Positions 8,693 through 17,564 of a stretch of DNA of 34,637 nt are shown here, piece after piece. The translations under genes were made by a program, and so were the position numbers. The DNA is taken from contig CAYMVB010000067.1 in the NCBI GenBank assembly GCA_964393665.1, forward strand, positions 1 through 34,637, written 5' to 3'. Below the pieces are notes generated by a model, which was not told where the DNA came from, made no database searches, and saw only the letters and a program-made list of their open reading frames with translations. Source of the DNA: an uncultured Desulfobacteraceae bacterium (lineage in GTDB: Bacteria; Desulfobacterota; DSM-4660; Desulfatiglandales; B25-G16). Numbering within the stretch: the first letter of the stretch is position 1; every line of letters starts with the position of its first letter.

Positions 8693-9922
8693 ATGGAAAA
8701 GCTAAAAGTGAAAACACCGATTGTTGAGGTTGATGGTGACGAGATGGCCAGGGTTATATGGAAAATGATTAAAGATAAACTTATTTTTCCACATATCGAT
8801 ATTGCTGTGCAATATTTTGATCTTCACATAAAAAATAGAGATAGAACAGATGATCAAGTAACAATAGATGCAGCAAATGCTATAAAGAGATACGGTGTTG
8901 GTGTAAAATGCGCAACCATAACTCCAGATAACGAAAGGGTGGAGGAATATAGTCTAAAAAAGATTTGGGCAAGCCCTAATGGAACTATACGGTCTATACT
9001 TGATGGTACGGTATTCAGAAAGCCTATTATTGTAAGGAATATTAAACCCCTTGTCGTTGCATGGGAAAAGCCTATAATAATAGGAAGGCATGCCTATGGG
9101 GATGTCTATAGCAATGCGGAGATTAGAGTTCCGGGTCCGGGTAAAGCAGTCATATCCTTTTCACCCTCAAATAATGGTGAAAAAGGGGAAGAGAAAACTA
9201 TAACTGATTTTGCAGGTCCCGGCGTCATACAGGGAATTTATAACACAGATCGATCAATAAGGAGTTTTGCAACGTCTTGTTTTAAACACGCATTTGAGCA
9301 GGGGATGGACCTTTGGTTCAGTGTGAAAGATACGATATCAAAAACCTATGACTTCCGATTCCGTGAAATATTTGACGAAGAGTACAGGGAAAATTGGTTT
9401 ACGAAATTTCAGAGCGCTCATATTAAATATTTTTTTTCCTTAATTGATGATGCTGTTGCACGAATAATTCGCTCTAAAGGCGGAATGCTCTGGGCATTAA
9501 AAAATTATGATGGCGATGTCATGTCCGATATGATTGCCGCTGCATATGGAAGTATTGCCATGATGACCTCTACGTTAGTTTCTCCGAATGGATATTTTGA
9601 GTATGAGGCAGCTCATGGGACCGTTAGACAGCATTATTACCGGTATCTAAATAAAGAGGAAACCTCCACAAACCCTATGGCAATTATCTTTGCCTGGTCC
9701 GGCTGCCTCCAAAAGCGTGGTGAGATTGATAAAAATAGCAGCCTTGTTAGGTTTTCGAACATGTTAGAAGAATCAGCAATAGAAACTATCGAATCAGGTA
9801 TCATGACGGCGGACTTGATTAATGTTGCAGAGGAAAATACAAATAACGTAAGGGTAGACACTGAAGGTTTCATTAATGAGATTGCTGTAAGGTTGAACAA
9901 AAAAATTGAGTCATTAAACTAA
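8693..9922 (+). CDS. icd: NADP-dependent isocitrate dehydrogenase, homodimeric type II (eukaryote IDH1/2-like)
   Basis: Collinear with eukaryotic-type IDH: VEVDGDEMARVIW, GVKCATITPDNERV, SPNGTIRSILDGTVFR, IIIGRHAYGDVY, KNYDGDVMSD, ETSTNPMAIIFAW. The ORF opens at 8678, but ATG 8693 has GGAGAG 7 nt upstream and matches homologue N-termini. Confidence 0.9.
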   Translation: MEKLKVKTPIVEVDGDEMARVIWKMIKDKLIFPHIDIAVQYFDLHIKNRDRTDDQVTIDAANAIKRYGVGVKCATITPDNERVEEYSLKKIWASPNGTIRSILDGTVFRKPIIVRNIKPLVVAWEKPIIIGRHAYGDVYSNAEIRVPGPGKAVISFSPSNNGEKGEEKTITDFAGPGVIQGIYNTDRSIRSFATSCFKHAFEQGMDLWFSVKDTISKTYDFRFREIFDEEYRENWFTKFQSAHIKYFFSLIDDAVARIIRSKGGMLWALKNYDGDVMSDMIAAAYGSIAMMTSTLVSPNGYFEYEAAHGTVRQHYYRYLNKEETSTNPMAIIFAWSGCLQKRGEIDKNSSLVRFSNMLEESAIETIESGIMTADLINVAEENTNNVRVDTEGFINEIAVRLNKKIESLN

Positions 9923-10205
9923 TGTGCTTGTGAAGATAGCAAGGTGTTCGCCTTACCCTACCTGTAATATTTCGTTGAATTTGCTTAATTTGTAAGAGCC
10001 TTGAGGTAATGGGTTATGGATTGTTTTGAGACCTTTGCAAAACCCTAAGAATTGGGAAATTGACTTCATGGAGCGCGAGTGAAGGCAATTTTCAAAGGTC
10101 TCATTTCGTTGAGCATATCAAAGTTCTTTTTGCTTTATCTTTTTTATATTTATCCAGAATACATCAAAAATACGTTAAGGTGCACGACATTTTCAGGGAG
10201 AAGAA

Positions 10206-12137
10206 ATGGGAAAAAATATTGTGCAGAAAATACTTGGTTCTCATTTGGTATCCGGAAAGCTTTCTGCCGGCAGTGAAATCGGAATTTCCATCGACAATAC
10301 CCTTATTCAAGATTCTACCGGCACACTGGCATTATTACAATTTGAGGCGCTACATATCCCAGGGATTAAGGCAAAGAGATCAATGGCGTTTATTGATCAT
10401 AATACACTTCAGGCAGGATATGAAAATATGGATGACCATCGATTCATTGAGTCTGCCTGTAAAAAATTTGGGATATACCTTTCCAGGGCAGGCAATGGGA
10501 TATGCCATCAGGTTAATCTTGAACGGTTTTCTATGCCGGGAGAAACCCTGCTTGGGGCTGACAGTCATACTACCACCGCTGGTGGGGTCGGGATGCTTGC
10601 TATAGGTGCTGGTGGGCTGGATGTAGCTATTGCCATGGCTGGAGAACCCTTTTTTATGGTCATGCCTTTGGTCTTGAAGGTGATGCTTGAAGGGAAGCTC
10701 CCGTTATGGTCATCCGCAAAGGATGTGATACTTGAAATAGTACGACGATTGTCTGTGTCAGGGGGATTGGGTAAAATTCTCGAATTTTCAGGGCCTGGTG
10801 TAAAAACCCTCAACGCTACCGAGAGGGCTACTATTGCAAATATGAGTATTGAATTAGGGGCGTTGACGGCAATTTTCCCAAGTGATGATATTACGAGAGG
10901 GTATTTTAGGGCCCAGGCGCGGGAAAATCATTGGAAGAAGGTTGAAGCAGATGATGATGCAGGTTATGATGACGAATTAGTTATTGATCTTTCCGCTATT
11001 GAACCCCTTATAGCTAAGCCACACTTGCCGGACAATGTTGTGCCTGTAAGAGAGCTGGAAGGCTGCCCCATAGATCAGGTGGCAATAGGCTCCTGCACAA
11101 ATTCCTCTCTTGAGGATATGTTAAAGGTGGTATCAATTATTAAGGGTAAGGTCATTCCGAGTGGGCTAAGTCTTGTTATATCACCTGGATCTCGTCAAGT
11201 ACTTCTGGAATTATCTAGAAATGGTGGGCTTCATGAAATGATAGCAGCAGGGGCACGTATTCTTGAGAGTACCTGTGGTCCGTGTATTGGAATGGGGCAG
11301 GCACCTTGTTCGAAAGGGGTTACCCTGCGTACATTTAATAGAAATTTTAAAGGCCGAAGCGGAACTGAAGATGCCCTCATTTATCTGGTTAGCCCTGAAA
11401 CGGCTGCAGCTTCAGCCCTTCGAGGAGTTATTACTGATCCGAGGAGGATCGGTTCTCCTATGTCAATAAGCCTCCCCGATAATTTTATAGTTAATGACGA
11501 TATGATAATCAAACCATCTATTGAATGGAAAGATACTGAGGTAGTGCGTGGACCGAATATAATGCCGCTACCTGCGTTTGATCCTCTTTCCGCTGAGTTG
11601 AGGGGGAAAACACTTTTGATAGTAGACGATCACATTACTACGGACGATATCCTGCCAGGTGGGGCAGAGATATTACCACTTCGATCCAATCTTCCAGCCA
11701 TATCTAAGTATCTATTTTATAAGATAGATTCAGATTTTTTACATAGGGCAGAGCAAGGGGAGGGAGGATTTATTTTAGCTGGCAGGAATTATGGGCAGGG
11801 TTCAAGCAGAGAACATGCTGCATCTGCCCTTCGTTTTAAAGGGATTCGGGCAGTTGTGGCCAAATCCTTTGCTCGAATCCATAAGGCAAACCTTGTAAAC
11901 TTTGGCGTAATGCCACTAGAATTTAGTGATGAAGAGGACTTAGCACGTTTCTCTCTGGGAGATATGCTGCATATTAAAAATGTAATCTTTACTATTCGTG
12001 GAGGAAAACCTTTAAAGCTAAAAAATGTAACAAAGGGATTTACCATTAAAATTATACTTAACCTGCCTCCACGTTTGTATGATATTTTAATAGCCGGTGG
12101 CTTACTTGGTTATATAAGATCTGAAGAGAATAGATAG
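10206..12137 (+). CDS. Aconitate hydratase (short, about 640-aa aconitase family form)
   Basis: Fe-S ligand motifs IGSCTNSS and CGPCIGMG. ADSHTTTAGG is present. The C-terminal swivel domain carries GRNYGQGSSREHAA. SD AGGGAG lies 5 nt upstream of the ATG. Confidence 0.85.
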   Translation: MGKNIVQKILGSHLVSGKLSAGSEIGISIDNTLIQDSTGTLALLQFEALHIPGIKAKRSMAFIDHNTLQAGYENMDDHRFIESACKKFGIYLSRAGNGICHQVNLERFSMPGETLLGADSHTTTAGGVGMLAIGAGGLDVAIAMAGEPFFMVMPLVLKVMLEGKLPLWSSAKDVILEIVRRLSVSGGLGKILEFSGPGVKTLNATERATIANMSIELGALTAIFPSDDITRGYFRAQARENHWKKVEADDDAGYDDELVIDLSAIEPLIAKPHLPDNVVPVRELEGCPIDQVAIGSCTNSSLEDMLKVVSIIKGKVIPSGLSLVISPGSRQVLLELSRNGGLHEMIAAGARILESTCGPCIGMGQAPCSKGVTLRTFNRNFKGRSGTEDALIYLVSPETAAASALRGVITDPRRIGSPMSISLPDNFIVNDDMIIKPSIEWKDTEVVRGPNIMPLPAFDPLSAELRGKTLLIVDDHITTDDILPGGAEILPLRSNLPAISKYLFYKIDSDFLHRAEQGEGGFILAGRNYGQGSSREHAASALRFKGIRAVVAKSFARIHKANLVNFGVMPLEFSDEEDLARFSLGDMLHIKNVIFTIRGGKPLKLKNVTKGFTIKIILNLPPRLYDILIAGGLLGYIRSEENR

Positions 12138-12150
12138 GCGACTATCCTGC

Positions 12151-13440
12151 CTATACTCTCTTGTTAATTGGCACGTAATCTCTTTTCGTTACTCCAATAT
12201 ATACCTGCCTGGGCCGATGAAGTTTCCAATGCGGGTCATCTATGCTTTCTTTCCACTGGCTGATCCACCCTGGAAGGCGTCCAATGGCGAACATTACAGG
12301 AAACATATTTCTTGGTATGCCCAGGGCTGTAAGTACTATTCCGCTATAAAAATCCACATTTGGGTAAAGATTATGCTCTATGAAATATGAATCTTTAAGG
12401 GCCACTTCTTCAAGTCGTTTGGCTATGTCCAGAAGTGGATTGTTTTTCTTTTGTTGTTTTAGAACGGTATCGCACATTTTTTTCATTATTTTCGCCCTTG
12501 GATCATATGTTCTATAAACCCTGTGGCCAAAGCCCATCAGCCTGAAAGAATCATTTTTATCCTTTGCCTTTGCTATAAAAGGTGCTATATCTCCCCCACT
12601 ATCATACATCAATTGAAGCATTTCTATAACTGCCTGGTTTGCCCCCCCATGAAGAGGTCCCCATAGAGCGGCAACACCTGCAGAAATTGCCGCATAAATA
12701 TTAACGCGAGCACTGCCTACAAGGCGAACTGCCGATGTTGAGCAGTTTTGTTCATGGTCTGCATGTAAAATCCAAAACACATTAAGGGCATGCACGAGAT
12801 CCTCCTCAATGACATAAGGTCTTACAGGGGAATCAAACATCATATTCAGAAAGTTGGCACAATAGGATAGGCGATTGGAAGGGTATACAACCTTATGCCC
12901 CCTTGATATCTTGTATGACATCGCTGCCAATGACCTTACCTTGGAAAGCAGCCTTGCAAAGGTGATATTTATCTGCTCGTCTTCCGTTTTTTCAGGAATC
13001 TCTGGGTAAAATGCCATGAGGCTATTTACCATAGACGACAGAATACCCATTGGATGAGCCCTTCTTGGGAAATTTTCAAAAAATGAACGCATGTCTTCAT
13101 GTACAAGAGAGTGGTCATTTAGCATACTGGAAAATCTTTCTAACTCATCTCTCTTGGGAAGCTCGCTGTTTATTAAAAGATAAGCCGTCTCTACAAAACT
13201 CGAATGCTCAGCTAATTGTTCAATCGGTATGCCACGGTACCTTAATATGCCTTTATCCCCGTCCATAAATGTGATGCTACTCATACAACTGCCTGTATTT
13301 CCAAATCCGGGATCAAAGGTAGTCAGACCAATTTCTTTACGAAGATTTGTAATGTCAATAGCCTTGTCACCTTCAGATCCATGTATAACCGGCAACTCAT
13401 AGTTTTTTCCCTCATAGGTCAATATGGCTTTATCTTTCAT
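12151..13440 (-). CDS. gltA: Citrate synthase (GltA type)
   Basis: 429 aa with HADHEQNCSTS, GFGHRVYRTYDPRA and GPLHGGAN motifs. Confidence 0.9.
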   Translation of the reverse strand: MKDKAILTYEGKNYELPVIHGSEGDKAIDITNLRKEIGLTTFDPGFGNTGSCMSSITFMDGDKGILRYRGIPIEQLAEHSSFVETAYLLINSELPKRDELERFSSMLNDHSLVHEDMRSFFENFPRRAHPMGILSSMVNSLMAFYPEIPEKTEDEQINITFARLLSKVRSLAAMSYKISRGHKVVYPSNRLSYCANFLNMMFDSPVRPYVIEEDLVHALNVFWILHADHEQNCSTSAVRLVGSARVNIYAAISAGVAALWGPLHGGANQAVIEMLQLMYDSGGDIAPFIAKAKDKNDSFRLMGFGHRVYRTYDPRAKIMKKMCDTVLKQQKKNNPLLDIAKRLEEVALKDSYFIEHNLYPNVDFYSGIVLTALGIPRNMFPVMFAIGRLPGWISQWKESIDDPHWKLHRPRQVYIGVTKRDYVPINKRV

Positions 13441-13486
13441 TTATTAGTTCCTTGCTATTATTACTACATTAAGAAGACATATAATT

Positions 13487-14383
13487 TTACCCAAGCCTGT
13501 TAGCAAATCGTATCATCCGTTTTAATATATCCTTCATAAGATTCTCCGGCAATAGACCTAAATCTGATAGCCTGCATTTAAAATCCACATAAAGCTTATT
13601 CGCCGTTTTATCCAAGTCATTGGTTTCTTTAAATATTCGTATCATTTTCTCACGAAATGCTTCAGCTGATTTTTTTGCTTTTTGGATACATTTCGCTCCA
13701 TCAGGCGGAGTTAAGGCTCCAAAATGTTCAAGGCAGATATTTTCAGCCCCCGTTTTGCTTAATTTCTCTATGCTTTCTTGAAACTGATCATAATTTGAAC
13801 TACCCATGGGCATAATTTGATTTTCGGTTACTACGCCCATGCTATCAGAAGGGAATAATGCGTATTCTTTAGGGACATAGAGGGACTGGCTGCATACAGA
13901 GTGCCCAGGGGTATCAAGAATATGAAATTTGATCTTATTTCCGAGATCCATCTCTGCTCTTTCATTAATTATATGATGAACAGGAAACCCCTTTTCAACA
14001 ATAGTCAGCGGTTCGATGCCCTCAGGGTTATTATCTGCCTCTATAAATTCATTGTTACGGTCCTCTATTACCTTTAGGGCATTTCTATTTTTTAAGATAC
14101 TTGCCCCTACGCTTGAAACTGCAACCTTTAGCCACGGCCAATGCCTTGATAGGTAAGGTGCCATTCCAAGGTGATCATAGTGTGTGTGCAGAACAACTAA
14201 ATATCTAATTCTCTCTATGTCTACTTTTAGATTTTCAAGCTGTTTTAATACATCAGGTACAACATGGGCCATACCACCCCCTATGAGGGAATAGATATCC
14301 CCTTTTAACAAATAGGTACATATCTCTGGTCTTCCTAAAAATTCAGTGCTATCTGTAACTGGACCTGGTTCTTTTATCCACAT
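13487..14383 (-). CDS. MBL-fold metallo-hydrolase
   Basis: HTHYDHLG (the HxHxDH motif), a downstream TPGHS histidine, and acidic/His ligands. It ends 46 nt upstream of the gltA start on the same strand. Confidence 0.8.
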   Translation of the reverse strand: MWIKEPGPVTDSTEFLGRPEICTYLLKGDIYSLIGGGMAHVVPDVLKQLENLKVDIERIRYLVVLHTHYDHLGMAPYLSRHWPWLKVAVSSVGASILKNRNALKVIEDRNNEFIEADNNPEGIEPLTIVEKGFPVHHIINERAEMDLGNKIKFHILDTPGHSVCSQSLYVPKEYALFPSDSMGVVTENQIMPMGSSNYDQFQESIEKLSKTGAENICLEHFGALTPPDGAKCIQKAKKSAEAFREKMIRIFKETNDLDKTANKLYVDFKCRLSDLGLLPENLMKDILKRMIRFANRLG

Positions 14384-14510
14384 TGGTTAATTTGTTTCCT
14401 TCTCTTTACATATCGCTCAAACTTTTATTCTTGAAAGGATTGACAGGGGCTGGTTTTTTATCTGTAAAAAGAATAGATGTCAACACATGCCTTGAGGCTT
14501 TGCCATGTCA

Positions 14511-15653
14511 TTAGACTATGTCATGTTCTATAAATGTATTTATTTCCGAGCTTGTGTAGCCATATTCCTTGAGTATTTTTTCTGTGCTTTCGCCAAAGCC
14601 AACAGGCGGAGTGCGAACAGATCCTGGAGTTTTGCTAAGTTTGACAGGTATGCCAAAGTATTTTATAAGGCTTCCTTTTGTATCTTTGATTTCACCTACC
14701 ATTTCCCTGGCCCTGAAGAGGGGGTCATCGAATAGGTTAGAAATGTTTTGTACTTTTCCCCAGCAGATATCCTTATCACCTATTTCTTTATCCCATTGTT
14801 CCCTGGTTTTCTCCCGGAACGTTTTTCTGAAAAAATGTATTATTTCCTCCCTGCGAGAATCATCGTATTGCAATGGGCCATATTCAGGTACACCTAGTAT
14901 GTTGCATAAATTTTGCCAGAATCTGTTTTCTACTGCACCTATGGAAATATACTTCGCATCCGAAGTTTCATATACATTATAACAGGCATATCTATGGGAG
15001 AGCAGAGTGTTTGATCTTTCCGGCATGTTACCATTTTGTTGAAATAAATCGAGGGGCATTGATAATAAGCCGAGTACTCCGTCAGTCATGGATATGTCAA
15101 TATACTGACCTTTTCCTGTTTTCTCTCTGGCAAAAAGCGCTAAAAGGATGCCTGTCAATGCATTCATGCTTCCCCCTGCTAGGTCAGCTATTTGAATACC
15201 CGGTATACAGGGTGATCCATTTTTTTCGCCTATCGTGTCTAATATACCAGAGAAGCTTAGATAATTTACGTCATGACCCGGCATATCACGAAAGGGTCCA
15301 TATTGCCCGTAGCCTGTAATCGAGCAATATATAATTTCAGGGTTAATTGATTTTATTGTGTTATAATCAACCATGAGCCTTTTAGTAACACCTGGCCTAA
15401 ACCCCTCCATAAGAATATCAGCACGTTTTACCATGTTCATAAAGATTTCGTGACCTTTTTTTTTCTTCAAATTCAAGGTCATATGATCCTTATTTCTGTT
15501 TACTGAATAAAAATATGTATTATCCGCCTTAAATTTTTTATCCTCAATTGCTATAACCCTTGCACCATGATCCGCCAGGATCATAGAACAGAAAGGGCCA
15601 GGTAACATTCTTGACAAATCTATTACCGTAATTCCTTTAAGTGCGCCAGACAT
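14511..15653 (-). CDS. Family III CoA-transferase (CaiB/BaiF), alpha-methylacyl-CoA racemase-like
   Basis: N-terminus LKGITVIDLSRMLPGPFCSMILADHGARVI. GHDVNYLSFSGIL and IADLAGGS are collinear with AMACR/MCR (GHDINYLALSG, ADFAGGG). Confidence 0.85.
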   Translation of the reverse strand: MSGALKGITVIDLSRMLPGPFCSMILADHGARVIAIEDKKFKADNTYFYSVNRNKDHMTLNLKKKKGHEIFMNMVKRADILMEGFRPGVTKRLMVDYNTIKSINPEIIYCSITGYGQYGPFRDMPGHDVNYLSFSGILDTIGEKNGSPCIPGIQIADLAGGSMNALTGILLALFAREKTGKGQYIDISMTDGVLGLLSMPLDLFQQNGNMPERSNTLLSHRYACYNVYETSDAKYISIGAVENRFWQNLCNILGVPEYGPLQYDDSRREEIIHFFRKTFREKTREQWDKEIGDKDICWGKVQNISNLFDDPLFRAREMVGEIKDTKGSLIKYFGIPVKLSKTPGSVRTPPVGFGESTEKILKEYGYTSSEINTFIEHDIV

Positions 15654-15946
15654 GTATATCTCCTTTGTAACCCTTATGTTACATAATGTAATATATTATT
15701 ATCAGGACATAATTACGATATTTTGGTTGTTATTATGTTTGACGAGCGAAAAAATTTTCACCTATTATACAGTAAAATATTTCTATATCAAGTATTTACC
15801 ATTTTATAATTAAGTCGTTTCTACATAGATGCCCGAGGCTTGCCCGGTAGTATCTATTTAAGATAAATTGGCAATAACCGAATCATTCATTAAGCATTAT
15901 GTATATAAAAAATCCGACCCTTTGATTACGTAATGATTCTTATCTG

Positions 15947-15975
15947 TTGACAATTTCGTCCTTTTATTATAGTAA
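15947..15975 (+). promoter_or_regulatory. Candidate sigma-70 promoter for tRNA-Leu
   Basis: Perfect -35 TTGACA (15947-15952). The -10 could be TATAGT (15968-15973, 15-nt spacer) or TAGTAA (15970-15975, 17-nt spacer). The tRNA 5' end is at 15985. Confidence 0.45.
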
Positions 15976-15984
15976 ATTACTGAT

Positions 15985-16068
15985 GCCGGAGTGGTGAAAT
16001 TGGTAGACGCAGGGGACTCAAAATCCTCCGAACCTTGGTTCGTGTCGGTTCGATTCCGACCTCCGGCA
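15985..16068 (+). tRNA. tRNA-Leu (anticodon CAA), class II with long variable arm, no encoded CCA
   Basis: Acceptor stem GCCGGAG/CTCCGGC. Anticodon stem GGGGA/TCCTC with loop CTCAAAA. Variable arm CGAACCTTGGTTCG. T-arm GGTTCGATTCC. Discriminator A. Confidence 0.95.
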
Positions 16069-16619
16069 TGCCTTCTATGGATTTAAATCATGTAAATATT
16101 TGTTTATTTTAAGCATGCAATAAAAGGCATTTTGAGCTTTTACATAAAGAGAAAAATTTACCTTACACATAGATCTAAAGGTTCCTGCCTTATGAGCAGC
16201 CTTATTATAGTAATTTTGCTTTAGATTTAACCCTCTTGATTACTTGTTGCTTTACTTAGACACCGGGCTTTTTATTATACGTTCGAAGAACTTGCTCCTA
16301 CCTGTTATTCAACAATGGCCATGTAATTACATAACCCATGTAATAAAAACATTTCTTACCTTTCGACGTTTTTATGGCCTGTATTATTGACGGGCATAAT
16401 GTCTTCTACTAATGTATAGGTAAAGAATCAGGGAAAGGCCTATAATCATAATTAGATCGGGTTGATGCTGACCGGAGATTAAAAATTACGGTCATGATAA
16501 CGCGCTCAAGGTTTTACATGTTCATTGTACGTCCTTTGTTTTGAACGCAGGGTTGATGCTACGCCAAACTTTAAATTTATTACCACATATAAGATGGTAG
16601 TTACATCAGAGGAACTATA

Positions 16620-17417
16620 GTGTTGAAACCAATATTCGATAATGATAGACACAAAAGAGCCATGAGGGTAGCAGCATTTATGTCAGGTTCAGGAACAAAT
16701 ATTTTAAAAATTCTTGAAAGACAAAAGGAGTTAGATCAGCAATTTGCATCCTCTCCATTTAAGGTCATATTTATATTTAGTGATCGTTCTGATGGGATAT
16801 CAAGGGGCGAGAAGATTGCATATGAAAATGGAATACCTTATTTTAGCTATGATATAAACCGGTTTTACAGCAGCAGGGGATTAAAGAAAACCTGCTTGAC
16901 TAAAGAAGGAATGGAGGCAAGAAGGGAATTTGATTCCATAGCGGATCGCCTGGTGAAGGCCTTTGACATAGATTTAATTTGTCTTGCAGGGTATATGAGC
17001 TATCTTACGTTAAAAAAGTGTTTAAACGTACATCCAGGAGATTTATCCATAGTAACAGATAAAGGTAAAAGAAAGTATGTCGGTGATCATGCAGTGGAGG
17101 ATGCAATAGCCTGTGGTGAATCCTGCTTGCGTTCCTCAACTATATTAATAGATTCAGGGATAGATACTGGCCCATTATTGATGGTATCAAGGCCATTAGA
17201 GGTCAGATTGCCCATGCGACTTGAGGATATTCTCAAAGATAAGAATACATTTAAGAAGATAGCATTAGATCATCAGGCCCGCCTTAAAGAACTTGGTGAC
17301 TGGACGATATTACCCTTGACTTTGGAAATGATCGCAAGGGGTAGATTTTCCTTAGATGACCAAAATAATGTTTATTTTGATGGAAAGCCTGTTCCTGGCG
17401 GTTATAGGCTAGCATGA
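16620..17417 (+). CDS. Formyltransferase-family protein, PurN (GAR transformylase)-like with insertions
   Basis: MSGSGTNILKIL, LICLAGYM, LNVHPGDLS (PurN has LNIHPSLLP) and LIDSGIDTGPL (PurN has VTDELDGGP), plus a PurN-like C-terminus ...FDGKPVPGGY. GTG start with AGAGGA 6 nt upstream. Confidence 0.65.
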   Translation: MLKPIFDNDRHKRAMRVAAFMSGSGTNILKILERQKELDQQFASSPFKVIFIFSDRSDGISRGEKIAYENGIPYFSYDINRFYSSRGLKKTCLTKEGMEARREFDSIADRLVKAFDIDLICLAGYMSYLTLKKCLNVHPGDLSIVTDKGKRKYVGDHAVEDAIACGESCLRSSTILIDSGIDTGPLLMVSRPLEVRLPMRLEDILKDKNTFKKIALDHQARLKELGDWTILPLTLEMIARGRFSLDDQNNVYFDGKPVPGGYRLA

Positions 17418-17564
17418 TACATTAATGATATTTTATGAGCGTTTTTACGATATCCGGACCCTGAAATATTCAGCTTACACGATATTTTTGTAAAAATCAT
17501 TTTTTAGGTTAGATATCGTTACAATTAAAATTTTTGCCTAAACAACAAAGGGATTGTATACCTC

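Noticed and set aside
10060-10605. 181-aa and 65-aa plus-strand ORFs preceding and overlapping the aconitase start
   Set aside because: They are out of frame with the aconitase CDS, which has its own SD and conserved N-terminus. Their translations are composition-biased with no motifs.
16069-16619. Known riboswitch classes (purine, ZTP/pfl, THF) and a tRNA-linked integrated element downstream of tRNA-Leu
   Set aside because: I could not find the conserved cores I remember, for example the CCGCCTGGGC-type pseudoknot of ZTP or the purine junction. There is no duplicated copy of the tRNA 3' end and no integrase. The region is kept only as an unexplained non-coding stretch in the findings.
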